In this document: positions 60,357 to 64,000 of the stretch, piece by piece
Layout of the letters: each line of letters starts with the position of its first letter
Numbering within the stretch: position 1 is the stretch's first letter
Assembly (NCBI GenBank): GCA_964016885.1
Contig: OZ024757.1
Span: forward strand, 30,566,001 to 30,630,000
DNA length: 64,000 nucleotides
From: Eledone cirrhosa
Taxonomy: Eukaryota
Direction of reading: 5' to 3'
The notes under the pieces: generated by a model
What the model saw: only the letters and a program-made list of their open reading frames with translations
Told to the model about the DNA's origin: nothing
Databases searched by the model: none
Program-made: the position numbers and the translations under genes

Positions 60357-62296
60357 TTTATATATATATTTTATATATATATATTATATATATATATATA
60401 TTTTATATATATATATATATATTTTATATATATATATATATATATTTTATATATATATATTTTATATATATATATTCCAAATAAATGAGATCGAGATCGT
60501 GTAGGTGTGACATAGAAAATCATGAGTGAGACATGGTCACCCGACCAAGCTTACCTGAAGTGGGACAACTCCCGCCTAATCCATGCTGATGATGGTGTTA
60601 TATATTAGATATCTTGACTGTTATATATATATGTGTGTGCTAAATAGCTAACTAAATAAGTTATCGGATTACTAGTTATTCCATCAAAAATTTGTTTGGA
60701 GCACTCTTCCTGTTTCTACTATATAATGCCTAACTGCAGTTAAAGGGCTTGATGGGAAAAACAGCTTGTATTACTGTGTACATGGTGGAAGCAGTCTTTG
60801 GCATAGTGCCACTATATATAATGCAGCATATGTATGAATAAAACAAATAAACCATTCCTTACAGTATTATTAATGAAAGCTGCTGCTTATGATTTTCAAA
60901 TAAATTTTTTTAATATTCTGGAATTTGGAAGGATTTAGTATAGTAGCTAACTTTGTCATTATTAAGATGGTGTTTATAACATAACTTGAAAGTTCTTACA
61001 TACAATTATGATGGAGAGTTTTTAGATAAATATAAACGTTTTAAAACACCTTTGTCTCATAAACCAGGGTCTGTTGGGTATCAAGAGTTAATCTTACTTG
61101 TCCCTATTTTTTTAAAAGTGAATGGCAAGCCAATTTCAAATTCTTGTAATTCTTTTAAAGGAAACATGTATATACTCTTGTAAAGCTACGGTTTCGGGTT
61201 AGGTTAAATTTGTGCTAATATTCAAAATATTTTAGCAATAAACAGTCCTATATGGACTTGCAGTAATAGTACTGATTCTTCTACACATTAAAACAAGAAT
61301 TCCTGCTAATGAAACACATAAGGCTGCGTAGTTCTTATTAGATATTTCCACTTGGATACATCAGAACTTAATAGCGCAGAAAACTTAATTTTCTCATTGT
61401 AACATTTTACGTTGATTCACAAATGTTATCTGTTGTCAGTGCAGAAATTGGCTTGGCTTTTACACAAAATACATGGAAGTATTTGGGGGAGAGAAAAATA
61501 TGGTGAAGCACGCAGAGTTGGCTTTACTTTTCTGCGAGTATATAGTTATATATATATATATATATATATATAGTATAAGGAAACAACAACACTGATACAA
61601 AAAGTCTTATTAGCTTCACGCTTTAAATGGAAAAGGGAAAGAAAGTCTTATCCCATCAGGATTACAAAAAATAGACTGGAATCAATATATATATATTGGG
61701 GAATTTACAATAAAAACAGAGCTGGTGAATTGAGTCTGCTATTCACTTTTAAATCTGACTTGAAAGAATATGCCTCCTTGTACTAGCTAAAAAGATGTAT
61801 AGCAAGAATAGTGGACAGTCTTTGTACTGCGTAATATAATATATTATAATATATTTAGCTTTTCTGCTTTCCTTCAAGCTATGCGCTTTCTTTTAAATTT
61901 CTTCTGATTTGCATATAGACACTTAGCTGCATGATATGCTGGGTTACTTTGCAGTGCTTCAGTCCTGCATCTAAAGTTCACTGGAAGTGCACTTCCCTAG
62001 ATTGAATCAAATATCATCTCCCTTAGGGAAAGGGCAAGAACCTGGGTTGGATGGGACATTTTTGAAACTGTTTTATATGGTGGGCTACCCTTTATGGGAT
62101 ATAGGGATATAGTGTGCATATTCTAGAAAATTAGATCGCACATATCTAATATGTATATATCGATCTACGTGTAGATTATAAAGTACGACTCGACACTGAA
62201 TTCTGTTTGAAAGACTTTTTTCCTACCTAAGCTGATAATCTTTTTTTTTCTTTTAGCAGTTTCGGTTCTAAATAATGTTTGTTTTTACAAAAGTAT

Positions 62297-62338
<42 letters not shown>

Positions 62339-63132
62339 TGATATATATATATGTATGTATATGCATATATATATATACACTATGTATGTATATATATATA
62401 TATATGTGTATGTATATATATATATATATACACTGATATATATGTGTGTATGTATGTATATATATATATATATATACTGATATATATTATGAAATACTGT
62501 TGGCTTCACGCTCACAATAATTTCTATACTTTCATTGATATATACTGATATATATACATATATAGTTATATATGTATATAATATATATGTATATAATTAT
62601 ATATACATATATATATATATATGTATATACTTATATATGCATATATAATTATATATACATATATGTATATACTTATATATACATACACTTACGTATATGA
62701 TTTTTTTTTTTTTACCGCTAAGCCATTTACCAGCTGTGGAAAAAGCAGGGAGGTATTTTTTTTTTCAAAAATAAACATGTATATTAAATATATAATATAT
62801 ATTGAATGTATCAAATATATATTATATATGTATATGTACATAACGCTCATAAAACAGTATTTGACTTTTGTTTAATATCGATGCCTAATATGTTATTGTT
62901 TTCTTTTTGCTTTTTTTTTTTTTTTCATAGACTTTCTATGTACATTTTTACCTGCTGATTCCAGTTTTTTATTGAATCCTTATTTACCAGAAAGTGGGAG
63001 GTAATTTTTTATTTTTTTTTTTTTTTTAATATATATATATATAATTGTTTACCTGCTCAAAATAATTTACTCTTAAATATTAAAAAAAAAAATTGAATAT
63101 GACTTCAGAATCTAGAAATACAAGTTGGCTTT

Positions 63133-63165
<33 letters not shown>

Positions 63166-63627
63166 CAAATTATCATCATCATTTTTGTTTCCCCCCTCCC
63201 GACCCAACCCCCACATCAACCAACAGTCGTCTTTGTTTTTCTTTTGCAACAGGGAAGTGTCGAGAGATGGTTATCACTACTAATTTAGTCTTGGGGATGA
63301 TAAGATCAAATCAAATATTCTTTCTCTCACTCTGTCTCTCTCTACTCTTCTGACTGAATGATGCAGCAGATAGCACATAATATATTATGGTGTACATAAT
63401 AATTTTTTTCTTTTCAAGTGGGTTCATAGTGTTTTTATTACTACCCAGAATGTAAATTCCTCTCCATAGCTATGCATATATGGAAGAAATAAACTTGAAA
63501 AGTATATTTCCTTTCAATTTCTTTCCCCCTCCCCACTAATTTAATGGCACTTCGCTGTTGCTTATTTTGCATGAATTTCTCTGACCAATTTGAGTGAGCA
63601 TGTTGATTTGTCTTGTCTATGGATTTA

Positions 63628-63689
63628 GGTGAAAATATATTAATGTGAAACGATAACCGGTGAAAATATATTAATGTGAAACGATAACC
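63628..63689. repeat. Perfect 31-bp tandem duplication
   Basis: ggtgaaaatatattaatgtgaaacgataacc x2. Confidence 0.9.
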
Positions 63690-64000
63690 TACTCTTCAAT
63701 GCGACTGTTTGTCTTGTACGTCTAATTTCAGATTTGAAATCAAAAATATTAATAAATCTCTAAATCGATATAGAATGTATTTTTACAAATTTAGTTTGCA
63801 TGCTGTTTTAGGGAGAAAGTCATAGAAACCGATTCTGAAGTTATATTTTTATAGCTTAACCAAAATAATTTTTTTAAAAATCTCTGCTACCTTGATAAGC
63901 TTTTTGTGTGGATGTAGGTCTCTGAAGTTGCATTTTTTCTTTTTTCTTTTATTTTTTTTTTTGTATTTTACTTTTGCTCTTGAAACATGATCACCTTTTT

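Noticed and set aside
63253-63353. Possible exon after a strong pyrimidine tract and acag acceptor
   Set aside because: No convincing donor or recognisable peptide; needs transcript data.

Overview
AT-rich, repeat-dense eukaryotic genomic DNA. The HCDIC/TGEKP zinc-finger style, SINE repertoire and huge (TA)n tracts suggest a coleoid cephalopod (Octopus-like); this is inference. Three protein-coding genes are supported. (1) The last four exons of RTF2 (+, 330-4312). (2) A C2H2 zinc-finger gene with 8 fingers in one coding exon (-, 14292-15068). (3) A complete 7-exon, 310-aa PP2A catalytic subunit gene (+, 19645-36616), head-to-head with the ZNF gene and preceded by a full CRE and a YY1-type motif. 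The rest is SINEs, RTE/CRE-type LINE relics, a Helitron helicase fragment, TTAA-flanked MITEs, minisatellites and multi-kb TA microsatellites; all long YI/IY ORFs are spurious. I found no coding exon after 36.6 kb and cannot demonstrate a new biological system. Best leads: duplicated decoy splice sites in both housekeeping genes, hammerhead-ribozyme-like motifs, template-switch palindromes and a nested inverted-repeat structure near 58-59 kb. Exon coordinates were read from splice sites; repeat boundaries are approximate.
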